DNA from: an uncultured Chloroflexia bacterium
Lineage (GTDB): Bacteria; Chloroflexota; Anaerolineae; CG2-30-64-16
Direction: 5' to 3'
DNA: 64,000 bases
NCBI GenBank assembly: GCA_963810095.1
Contig: CAWEMM010000006.1
Coordinates: forward strand, 1,376,001-1,440,000
Part shown: piece after piece, positions 54,408-64,000 of the stretch
Position numbering within the stretch: position 1 is the stretch's first letter
How the letters are laid out: the number at the start of each line of letters is the position of its first letter
Translations under genes and position numbers: made by a program
The notes under the pieces: model-generated
Seen by the model: the letters and a program-made list of their open reading frames with translations, nothing else
Databases searched by the model: none
Told to the model about the DNA's origin: nothing

Positions 54408-55667
54408 CTACTCCTGCAGGCACTTGAGACAGTAATCCACTTCTTCGCGTGTGTTGTAGTGCGCCAGGCCCGCGCGCACTACGCCGCCGCTTTCTTCGAT
54501 CCCCAGGCGCTCGGTGACGGCCAGCGCATAGAAGTTGCCCGACCATACATACACGCCGCGGCGAGCCAGGTGCTCGGCCACCTCGTCCGGATGCTTGCCC
54601 GCGAGCCGGAACGCGGCCGTCGGGGTGCGCCGGTCGAACTGGCTTGGATCGGCGATGCCGTAGAAGGTCAGGCCGGGGATGGCCCGCAGGCCCTGGGCGA
54701 AGTGCGCGAACAGGTCCCGCTCATACGCCTTGATGGCGGCCATCGCCTGCTTCAACGCCAGCCGGCTGCCTGTGAAGCCCGGGAATTGGCCCTCAAACTC
54801 GCCTCCGCACATGCTCCCGAGCTCGGCCAGATACTCGACCGCGGCCAGAACGCCCGCCTGCGCCTCGTGGGCCTGGGTGCCCGTCTCGAACTTGTCGGGC
54901 GACGCGTTGCCGGCCGGACGCACCTTGTAGGCCCGCAGCTGCTCCAGAAGCTCGTGCCGGCCCCACAGCGTGCCCGAGTGCGGGCCGAAAAACTTGTAAG
55001 GCGAGCAGATCAGGAAGTCGCAGCCGAGCGCCTGCACGTCGACCGGACCGTGCGGGACGTAGTGCACCGCATCGACCCATAACCATGCGCCGGCCGCGTG
55101 AACCAGGCGGGCAATCTCGGGGATCGGATTGACCGTCCCGACCGCGTTCGAGGCGTAGCCGACCGCTACGAGCTTGGTCTTGGGGCCGAGCTTGCTCTGC
55201 AGGTCGTCGAGGCGCAGCGTGCAGTCTGCCGGGTCGAAGTCGACCTCCTTGACCACAACCCCCTTTTCGGCCAGCGCAAGCCAGGGTGCGCGATTTGCGT
55301 CGTGGTCGAGCTTCGTGATGAGCACCTCGTCGCCGGGGGCCAGCTCGCGGCCGATGGCCCGGCTGACGGCAAACGTGAGCGTGGTCATGTTGGCGCCGAA
55401 GACGATCTCGGCGGGCGAGGCCGCGTTGAGCAGATCGGCCATGGCCTCATGCGCGGCGTGCAGCACTGCGTCGCTCTCGCGGGAGGTGCGGAACGCGCCC
55501 CCATGGTTGGCGTTCGATCGGATGAGGTAATGCGCCATCGCATCGATCACGCGCTGGGGCACCTGGGTGCCGCCGGGTCCGTCGAAGTAGACGGCCGGCC
55601 GGCCCGCGTCGACCAGGGCGAGCGCGGGGAACTGGGAACGGACGAAGGAAAGGTCTAGCTGAGACAT
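54408..55667 (-). CDS. Cysteine desulfurase-like class V aminotransferase
   Basis: VRSQFPAL, YFDGPGGTQVP, LDHDAN, VDAVHY, CSPYKFFGPH, FETGT. Confidence 0.92.
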   Translation of the reverse strand: MSQLDLSFVRSQFPALALVDAGRPAVYFDGPGGTQVPQRVIDAMAHYLIRSNANHGGAFRTSRESDAVLHAAHEAMADLLNAASPAEIVFGANMTTLTFAVSRAIGRELAPGDEVLITKLDHDANRAPWLALAEKGVVVKEVDFDPADCTLRLDDLQSKLGPKTKLVAVGYASNAVGTVNPIPEIARLVHAAGAWLWVDAVHYVPHGPVDVQALGCDFLICSPYKFFGPHSGTLWGRHELLEQLRAYKVRPAGNASPDKFETGTQAHEAQAGVLAAVEYLAELGSMCGGEFEGQFPGFTGSRLALKQAMAAIKAYERDLFAHFAQGLRAIPGLTFYGIADPSQFDRRTPTAAFRLAGKHPDEVAEHLARRGVYVWSGNFYALAVTERLGIEESGGVVRAGLAHYNTREEVDYCLKCLQE

Positions 55668-55707
55668 GGTTTGCTCCTGAAGGGATAGACCGTCGCATCT
55701 TACCCAA

Positions 55708-55770
55708 GAAACCCGCTTTCTGCCAGAACCACCTTTAGGAAACCAGGTTTCTCCGAGAAACCGGGTTTCT
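55708..55770. repeat. AGAAACCGGGTTTCT-type palindrome cluster
   Basis: AGAAACCCGCTTTCT, GGAAACCAGGTTTCT, AGAAACCGGGTTTCT. Confidence 0.65.
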
Positions 55771-55827
55771 GCTCTCGCATGCTATAATGGCCCGGTCAGA
55801 CGATTCTCCTGCAAAGAGGTTAACCTC

Positions 55828-56415
55828 GTGGCTACTCAAGTTCGCCTGTTCGTCAGCGCGGGACCGGCTGAAGAGGGGGCGAGGGAACACCTGGGCCGGG
55901 CGCTTGCGGAGCTGCCCATCAGCGTGGGCTGGGTGATCAAGCGCACACCCGACGTCGACTCCGTGGCCGAATGCCACCTGTTCGCGGTGCTACTTGGCCG
56001 CGATATCGCCGCGCCGGTGGGGCTCGAGCTATGGTGGGCGCGGCGCACGGAGAAGCCGGTGCTGGCCTATACGGCCGAAGGGCTGCGCACGCCGGCCTGC
56101 CAGGTGTTCTTCCAGGACAACTTCTACCTCGACTGGCACCCATTTCCCGATGCGGTGAGTTTGCGGCGCCTGTTCCTGCTCGACATCTGCCGCTTTCTCC
56201 TCGCCCACGACGAGCGGTATGGCGTGACCGTGGTCGAGACGGAGGCGCTGCGCGGCTTCATGGCGCGATTGGAAAAGCCCGCAGCGGTCGTCCCCGGCCG
56301 CGCTCCGGCACGGGAAGGCCCCCTGGCCAGGCCCCAAGGCGCAGGGGGCGGGGGCGTGATCCTCGCGCCGGGCAAGGACACCCCGCGCGGTGCACGCATC
56401 ATTGGCGAGGAGTGA
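55828..56415 (+). CDS. Hypothetical protein (DUF4062/TIR-like start)
   Basis: GTG start, VRLFVSA, CHLFAVLLGRDIAAPVGLE. TATAAT upstream. Confidence 0.65.
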   Translation: MATQVRLFVSAGPAEEGAREHLGRALAELPISVGWVIKRTPDVDSVAECHLFAVLLGRDIAAPVGLELWWARRTEKPVLAYTAEGLRTPACQVFFQDNFYLDWHPFPDAVSLRRLFLLDICRFLLAHDERYGVTVVETEALRGFMARLEKPAAVVPGRAPAREGPLARPQGAGGGGVILAPGKDTPRGARIIGEE

Positions 56416-56428
56416 GCCCGCGCAGCCC

Positions 56429-58288
56429 ATGAACCTGTCTCCCAGCGTCCCTGCCCCGCGCCCTGCGCCCCTCGCACGAGTTACAGCCTGGCTGCGTCGC
56501 GATGTGCACCTGTGGTTGGCCCTACTCCTGGTCGTCCCTGCAATGCTGCCGCTCTTCGCGCCGGGCTACTTCGTGAAAGCCCACGACGCGCGGCACAGCA
56601 TCTTCTTCCTGGTCGAGTTCGACCGCAGTTTCAGCGAGGGCGCCTTGTGGCCCGTGTGGGGGCCCGACCATGCCGTCGGATTCGGCTATCCGACGTTCTT
56701 GTTGTACGCACCGCTCGCGTTTTACGTGGGCGAGGCATTCCACCTGCTGGGTCTTGGCTTCGCCGCGGCGACGAAGGCGACCTGGGCGCTCGGCTTCCTG
56801 CTGGGCGCGGCGGGCACCTACCGCCTTAGCCGGCGCTGGTTCACCCCCGCAGTTGCGCTGGTTGCGAGCCTCGCTTTCACGTACGCGCCGTATCACCTGG
56901 GGCAGATCTACGTGCGCGCCGCCCTTGCCGAGTTCATGGCGCTTGCCTGGTTGCCCTGGGCCGTGCTGGCCTTCTTACGACTGTGGGACGAGCCGGGACC
57001 GCGCCGGGCGGCGCTGGCCGGGCTGGCGTTGGCGGCGTTGTTGCTGTTTCACACAGTCTCGACGTTGACCTTCGCGCCGCTGATCGGCGCGCTGCTGGCG
57101 CTGCTCCTCGTGCGGGACGCGGTGAAGGCGCGCTCGCTCGTGCGGGCGGTGCGCTCGCCGCAGGCCGGCTGGACGTTCGTGGCGCTGGTCGTGGCGGGCC
57201 TGCTCTCCTGCATCTTCTTCGTGCCCATGCTCCTGGAGCGCGGCGGCGTGGCACAGTGGCAGTGGGTCAAGGAGACGTACAGCTACCGGCTGCACTTCGT
57301 CTATCCGGGTCAATTCCTGCTTCCCACCTGGGGCTATGGCTACTCCGTGGCAGGCCCGAACGATGGCATGAGTTTTCAGGTCGGCATCCCGATCTTCCTG
57401 CTGGCGGTGCTGGGCGCCGGCGTGGCGCTGCTGAGGCGCGCGCGTCCTGAGCCGACCGCCTTCCAGCTGGAAGGGGTGGAGGCGCCGGTCGCGCCTCCGG
57501 CGGGCGGGCGATTAATGGTCCTGTTCCTCACGGCCGTCACGCTGGTGACCCTGTTCCTGATGACGCCGGCGGCGCAGGGCATCTGGGATGTGCTGCCCCT
57601 GGTGGAGTTAATCCAATTTCCGTGGCGTTTGCTGGCGGTGGTCGTGTTTGCGCTGGCGCTGCTCGCAGGTTGGGGCGCATGGCTGCTCAACTCGCGTGCC
57701 TTGCGCCGGGGACCGCAAGGCGTCAGCCCCTTCGTCTACGTTGCCGGGTTGGCGCTCATCGTGAGCAGCCTGCCGTTCACGCGGCCCGAGATCGTCCCGC
57801 TCAGGCCGCAGGATGAGAGCCCGCTCGCGGTGCTCGACTTCGAGATGGCCTTCCCCGACATGCGCGGGTTGACCGCGTGGGCCGAGCGGCCGCCCGCGGA
57901 CGCCGACTCGCCGCTGATTGCCCAGTACCTGGCCGGGCAGCCGCTGCAAAAGGCGGCGATTGCGTCGGGCTCGGGCACGATTCTCGAGCAGTCGTCCGGT
58001 GCGCTGTCGGCGCGGGCGAGCGTGCGCGCGACCGGCCCGTTGTCTCTGCGCTTCTACACGTATTACTTCCCCGGCTGGCGTGCGACGGTCGACGGGCGGC
58101 CTGCTGAGTTGCGGGCTGAGGGCCCGAACGGGCTGATGACGGTGGACGTGCCGGCCGGCGAGCACGAAGTGCGGGTTACGTTTGGGCAGACCCCGGCGAG
58201 GATGGCCGGCCGGTTGCTGGCCGCCCTGGGTGCGCTTCTATGCGTGTTTTTGCTGGTAAAGGGCAAGCGCAAGGCAATTATCGGCTGA
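56429..58288 (+). CDS. 6-pyruvoyl-tetrahydropterin-synthase-related membrane protein (GT-C-like), paralog of 44783
   Basis: PGYFVKAHDARH, WPVWGPDHAVGFGYP, YAPL, RAALAE, QFPWRLL, YYFPGWRATVDG. Confidence 0.82.
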   Translation: MNLSPSVPAPRPAPLARVTAWLRRDVHLWLALLLVVPAMLPLFAPGYFVKAHDARHSIFFLVEFDRSFSEGALWPVWGPDHAVGFGYPTFLLYAPLAFYVGEAFHLLGLGFAAATKATWALGFLLGAAGTYRLSRRWFTPAVALVASLAFTYAPYHLGQIYVRAALAEFMALAWLPWAVLAFLRLWDEPGPRRAALAGLALAALLLFHTVSTLTFAPLIGALLALLLVRDAVKARSLVRAVRSPQAGWTFVALVVAGLLSCIFFVPMLLERGGVAQWQWVKETYSYRLHFVYPGQFLLPTWGYGYSVAGPNDGMSFQVGIPIFLLAVLGAGVALLRRARPEPTAFQLEGVEAPVAPPAGGRLMVLFLTAVTLVTLFLMTPAAQGIWDVLPLVELIQFPWRLLAVVVFALALLAGWGAWLLNSRALRRGPQGVSPFVYVAGLALIVSSLPFTRPEIVPLRPQDESPLAVLDFEMAFPDMRGLTAWAERPPADADSPLIAQYLAGQPLQKAAIASGSGTILEQSSGALSARASVRATGPLSLRFYTYYFPGWRATVDGRPAELRAEGPNGLMTVDVPAGEHEVRVTFGQTPARMAGRLLAALGALLCVFLLVKGKRKAIIG

Positions 58289-58304
58289 CGCCTGATGACT
58301 ATTT

Positions 58305-58645
58305 TGCGGGGGCGCTCTTGCCCCCGCCGCCCCGACGCGAGTGGCTGCCCACGACCGACTCATTGGCGGGGAGCGCTCTCGCCCCCGACGCGAGGGGTTG
58401 CCACGACCGACTCATTGGCGGGAGCGCTCTTGCCCCCGCCGCCCCCGACCAGGGGCTGCGCCCCTTGGAACCCCAAAGGCAGCGCTGTAGGTACACGTTC
58501 GCCTGGATAAGTCACTGTACGGGGGATGAGCCAGGGCGGCAGGAACCATGCGTGTGGTTACAACGCCTAACGGGCCACACGGCTGATGAAGGCAGCCGGC
58601 CCGCCGTAAGCGTTGCCTTCGGAGGTTCTGGGGGCGGCGGCGGCA
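58305..58645. repeat. Composite repeat: tandem CGACTCATTGGCGGG units plus an inverted pair
   Basis: ACGACCGACTCATTGGCGGGAGCGCTCT twice (core is the reverse complement of the 34537 unit). GAACCCCAAAGGCAGCGCT is inverted to AGCGTTGCCTTCGGAGGTTC. Confidence 0.75.
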
Positions 58646-58674
58646 TGACATTGGTCGTATCTGCCTGGGCAAAC

Positions 58675-58703
58675 TTGCGTTTGTTCGTGCAGATTATTAT
58701 AAT
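58675..58703 (+). promoter_or_regulatory. Putative sigma70 promoter, near-leaderless
   Basis: TTGCGT-17 nt-TATAAT, 10 nt before ATG 58714. Confidence 0.5.
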
Positions 58704-58713
58704 CGGTTAACCT

Positions 58714-59865
58714 ATGAGCCAACCGGATACACCTCGGCCGTCCTACGGCCAACTGCGCACTTGTCCCAGCTGCGGGACACGGGTCGCTCAGAAAGCTGAA
58801 ACCTGTTTCTTCTGCGGCGCCGCGCTCGATTCAGAGCCACGCCGCCGGCTGCGATTGCCCTGGGCCGACCTTGTCCTTTTCGCTGCGATCGCCGCGGTGC
58901 TCGCCGTGTGGTGGCTGCGCGCCCCCGACGCACCGGAGACGCGCGGACCGGGCACGGTCGAAGCCGTCTTGAGCGCGCAGCGGGCCGCCGCGTCGCCCAC
59001 TGCTGCGATCGTCGCTGCTTTGCAGCTGGACGACCCGACGAACACCCCGATGCCAACCCGAACGCCGCTTCCCACGTCGACAGTCGCTCCCACTGCTACG
59101 CCTGAAGCGGCCTCACCCACTCCGGCGGCGGGTCCGACCCGTCACAAGGTGCAAGCGGGCGATTCCGTAGCGGCTATTGCTGCCAAATATGGCTCGACGA
59201 TCAAGGATATTATCTCGGCCAACAACCTGAGCGCGGACGGCCGCCTGAGCATCGGACAAGAGCTGCTGATCCCGGTTGCCGGGCCTATGGGTGGCCCGGG
59301 ACCGACGGCGACCCCCGGCACCACGGGCCTGATGTACAACACGCGGGCCGGCGACACGATCAGCGGCATCGCGACCCGTTTCAAGTCGCAGGTCGACTGG
59401 ATCATGAAGGCCAATAATATCAAGCCGGGCGACACGCTGCGCATCGGCCAGCCGCTCCTGGTCCCGCTGGTGCCGGCCACCCCCACCCCCATACCGACCG
59501 ATCCGATCACGCCCCTGCCGCCGACGCCCACGGAAATCCCGGGCTTGTCTGCGCCCCAGCTGTTGACGCCGGCGGACGGCGCAACGATTGCGGGACAAGA
59601 CACGCTCCTTCTGAGTTGGACGTCGGTGGGTGTGTTGGCTCCGGAAGAGTACTACGTGGTGACATTGAAGTCGCCCGAGAAGGAAACCGCTGTCGCAACG
59701 TGGTGGACCAAGAGCACGTCGTGGCGGCTGCCGGTCGATTACCGGCCCACCGGCAGCGCAGGGCTGGATTACGTCTGGCGGGTGCAGGTGCGGCGGGGCG
59801 GGCAAGACAAGCCGGGCGAGGCCACCAGTCCCACCAGCGAACAGCGGCGTTTCACCTGGCGTTAA
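58714..59865 (+). CDS. LysM-domain membrane protein with N-terminal zinc ribbon
   Basis: CPSCG..CFFCG, TM helix, PT linker, two LysM domains (HKVQAGDSVAAIAAKYG; RAGDTISGIATRF). Confidence 0.9.
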   Translation: MSQPDTPRPSYGQLRTCPSCGTRVAQKAETCFFCGAALDSEPRRRLRLPWADLVLFAAIAAVLAVWWLRAPDAPETRGPGTVEAVLSAQRAAASPTAAIVAALQLDDPTNTPMPTRTPLPTSTVAPTATPEAASPTPAAGPTRHKVQAGDSVAAIAAKYGSTIKDIISANNLSADGRLSIGQELLIPVAGPMGGPGPTATPGTTGLMYNTRAGDTISGIATRFKSQVDWIMKANNIKPGDTLRIGQPLLVPLVPATPTPIPTDPITPLPPTPTEIPGLSAPQLLTPADGATIAGQDTLLLSWTSVGVLAPEEYYVVTLKSPEKETAVATWWTKSTSWRLPVDYRPTGSAGLDYVWRVQVRRGGQDKPGEATSPTSEQRRFTWR

Positions 59866-59885
59866 CGGGCGACCCCAGTGACTGC

Positions 59886-59918
59886 AAGTGCCGGGCACCT
59901 TCAAGGTGCCCGGCACTT
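59886..59918. terminator. Bidirectional hairpin terminator
   Basis: AAGTGCCGGGCACCT-TCA-AGGTGCCCGGCACTT between convergent genes. Confidence 0.7.
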
Positions 59919-59919
59919 T

Positions 59920-60661
59920 TCAGTTTGCGGTGGGAAGATGCAGCACGGCGTATAGGTTCAGATTGCCTTCGTGGCCGTCGGAGAAAAAGGTCTCCTGCGC
60001 CCCAAGGCCCGCCGCGGCCGCCATTTCTTTGAGCTCCGCCTCGTCGATGTACGCGCAATAGCGGGCCCCCGGCGATCCTTCCCCCCACCCCACCAGGTAG
60101 TCGTTGCGCTCGACCTCGGCCAGATCGATCCCGACAGAATCCCAGGAGGCGATGCGCTTTCTGAGCCGGTCGGAGGCCATGAACTGCCAGGTGGACACGA
60201 TCAGGGGCGCGCCGGGCGGCAGCAGGGCTGCGCTCCGCCGCGAGAAACTCGATGCGGTGACTGCGGCCGGGGATGTGGTGCAGGACCGCCAGGCAGACCG
60301 CTGCGTCAAACGGGCCCGCTTGAGACAAGGCGCCGGGCCAGTCGGGCGCGAAGAGGTCGGCCTCGACGAGCGCGGACGGGATGCGCGGGCGCTGCGCAGC
60401 CGTGGCGGCTGCATCTGCCAGCAGGTTCGTGCTGCTGTCCAGCCCCGTGTAGCGGCCGGTCCAGCCGCTGTCGTCGAGGAAGACGAGGAACCGGGCGTTG
60501 CCGCAGCCCAGGTCGAGGACGTTGAACCCGTTTTCCAGATAGGGTAGAATGCGGCTGAAGCCGGGGGGCCACGAGCGCCGGGTGCGCGAGAACTCGCCGG
60601 CGAAGCGCGCATAGAACTGCCTGTTGAGCGCGAGGAGCGCGGCGACCGTCTGGGGTTGCAT
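59920..60661 (-). CDS. Trm9/ALKBH8-like class I SAM methyltransferase, frameshift near 60238
   Basis: FYARFAGEFSRTRRSWPPG, VLDLGCGNARF, FDAAVCLAVLHHIP..HR, LIVSTW. Alternative start 60712. Confidence 0.8.
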
Positions 60662-60710
60662 TTGATCTTGCGGTTGGCTTTGATCTTGAGGTTGCATGTG
60701 TTGAGGTTGC

Positions 60711-62447
<1,737 letters not shown>

Positions 62448-62632
62448 GGAGAGCTCTCGACTCGCGTGCGCCCACGGCTCCGCATCCTTCGATTACGCTG
62501 CGCTCCGCTCGGCCTGTTTTTTCGTTGCGGCCGTGCGGCGTGAGCTGTTTTTGTCCCGCGGTTGTTCATGCTATACTTGCGCCACTTAGAGAGGCTTGAG
62601 GACGGGTTTCCACGCAGACAAGGAGCGCGCAG

Positions 62633-62854
62633 ATGGATTTCGGCAAGTTCTTGCTGGGGTTGTTGGTGGGTGCGGCCAGTGGCGCCGCTGCCGCGTTGAT
62701 GCTGACGCCTCAGTCAGGCGAGGCGACGCAGAACTCGATTCGCGAGCGCGTGCAGCTCGTCATGGACGAGGGGAAGCGCGCGGCTGCCGAGCGGCGGGCC
62801 GAACTCGAAGCCCAATTTGCGCAAGCGCGGCAGACGCCTCGGCTAGAGGGCTGA
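62633..62854 (+). CDS. YtxH domain protein
   Basis: FLLGLLVGAASGAAAALMLTPQSG. AAGGAG RBS. Confidence 0.88.
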   Translation: MDFGKFLLGLLVGAASGAAAALMLTPQSGEATQNSIRERVQLVMDEGKRAAAERRAELEAQFAQARQTPRLEG

Positions 62855-62889
62855 CCGAGCGGCGCCGGCATTGTCGAGAGGGGGCTCAG

Positions 62890-63645
62890 GTGCTGACCAG
62901 CAAGCTCGAGGCCGCGCAGACCCGTCTCCGCGAACGCTCGTATCCCCATTTTGCCTGGCTGATCAACAAGGAGATCCCCTGGACCGCCCCCACGCGCCCG
63001 CTGCGCGAGTCTTCGGTGGCGCTGCTCAGCACCTGCGGACTGTACTGCCTGGATAGCCAAGTGCCGTTTGATGCCTGGAACGACGCCGGCGACCCGTCGT
63101 TTCGCGAGATTCATATCGACACTCCGGTCGACCGGCTGGCGATCTCGCATTCGCATTACGATCATGAGCAGGTCAGGTCCGATCTGAACGTGGCCCTGCC
63201 CTTGGCCCGCTTCCGGCAGCTCGTCGAGGAGGGGGTGGTCGGGACGCTGCATCCCTGGGCCTACAGCTTCATGGGCTACCTCCCCGAAGCGTTTCAACTG
63301 ATCAGAAAGACGGCGCCCCAGGTGGCAAAGCGGCTGGCGGGGAGTGGGGTGCACGCGGCCTTCCTGACCCCCTGCTGACCGATCTGCCAACAGTCCGTTG
63401 GACTGATCGCACGGGCCATCGAAGCGGAGGGCATCCCGACCGTTTGCGTCGTGATGAATCGCGACATTGCGGAGAACGTGGGCATTCCGCGAGCCTTGCA
63501 CGTGCATTTTCCGTACGGCGCGCCGCTGGGGCCGGCCGCGCACGTGGAGACGCAAATGGCCGTGATCCGGGAGGCGCTCGGCCTGCTTGCCACGGCGACT
63601 GGCCCGGGGCAGATTCTGGAATCCACGGTCGAGTGGCCGGAGTGA
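62890..63645 (+). CDS. Selenoprotein, glycine/sarcosine/betaine/D-proline reductase protein B (GrdB/PrdB) family; Sec at TGA 63376-63378
   Basis: VALLSTCG, GDPSFREI, HYDH, DLNVALP, YSFMG, FLTPC-U-PICQQSVGLIARAIEAEGIPT continues in frame to PYGAPLG...WPE*. Confidence 0.88.
63379..63410 (+). promoter_or_regulatory. Putative bacterial SECIS element
   Basis: CAGTCC-GTT-GGACTG stem-loop 12 nt after the in-frame TGA, extended by CGATC/GATCG. Confidence 0.65.
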
Positions 63646-63681
63646 CCGGCTTTTCTCAGTGATTCTTCAGGAGGAAGACTC

Positions 63682-63945
63682 GTGCGCGTCAGCATCGAAT
63701 TCTGCGTAGCCTGAAACTACACGCCGCGGGCCGCCAGTTTGGCGGAAACTTTGGTCAACACCTTCAAGCCTTTCGTGGGCGGGAAACATCCCATCGAGTC
63801 CATCACCCTGATCCCCTCGGGCAATGGCCGCTACGAGGTCACGCTTGACGACGAGCTGGTCTACTCAAAGGCCGCAACGGGCAAACACACGACAAACGAG
63901 TTTATCGTCGACCAGGTGCGAGCAAGACTGAAACTGCAACACTAG
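63682..63945 (+). CDS. SelW/SelT/SelH (Rdx) family selenoprotein; Sec at TGA 63712-63714
   Basis: GGAGG RBS, GTG, MRVSIEFCVA-U-NYTPRAASLA...LIPSGNGRYEV...VYSK. Confidence 0.92.
63715..63746 (+). promoter_or_regulatory. Putative bacterial SECIS element
   Basis: CCGCCA-GTT-TGGCGG stem-loop 16 nt after the in-frame TGA. Confidence 0.65.
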
Positions 63946-63955
63946 CCAACAATCT

Positions 63956-64000
63956 ATGATCGACATCTCGCTGATCATCACCATCGGCGCCATCTTTCTT
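63956..64000 (+). CDS. Start of a probable membrane/secreted protein, truncated by window end
   Basis: ATG 10 nt after the Rdx stop, MIDISLIITIGAIF. Confidence 0.45.
   Translation, partial: MIDISLIITIGAIFL

Noticed and set aside
58305-58440. Possible mini-CRISPR
   Set aside because: Only two units, the intervening sequences are themselves similar, and they belong to the dispersed repeat family.
58575-58625. Hammerhead ribozyme or fluoride riboswitch (CTGATGA)
   Set aside because: There is no GAAA core after the stem and no matching 5' riboswitch helix. The stem is part of the repeat arm.

Overview
High-GC bacterial chromosomal window with about 45 protein-coding genes and no rRNA, tRNA, CRISPR array or transposase that I can support. 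Gene content (Elp3, translin, PTPS-related GT-C membrane proteins, DUF5671, P/T-rich LysM and L,D-transpeptidase proteins) suggests Chloroflexota, Anaerolineae/Caldilineae-like (inference). About 15 genes, including essential hisS, carry single-base frameshifts, most consistent with long-read consensus errors. Highlights: (1) a four-gene operon at 5541-9767 that looks like a complete sphingolipid/ceramide pathway (eukaryote-type KDSR, bCerS-type GNAT, candidate CerR, SPT); (2) Elp3 divergently paired with a Trm9/ALKBH8-like methyltransferase, suggesting mcm5U34 tRNA modification, next to (3) two tandem selenoprotein genes broken by the ORF caller (GrdB/PrdB-like C-U-x-x-C and SelW/Rdx C-x-x-U), each with a GTT-loop SECIS-like hairpin; (4) a DUF1998 helicase with an inserted HNH nuclease; (5) several families of palindromic intergenic repeats, one of which sits inside a coding sequence. 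All family assignments come from motif recognition by eye, not database searches.
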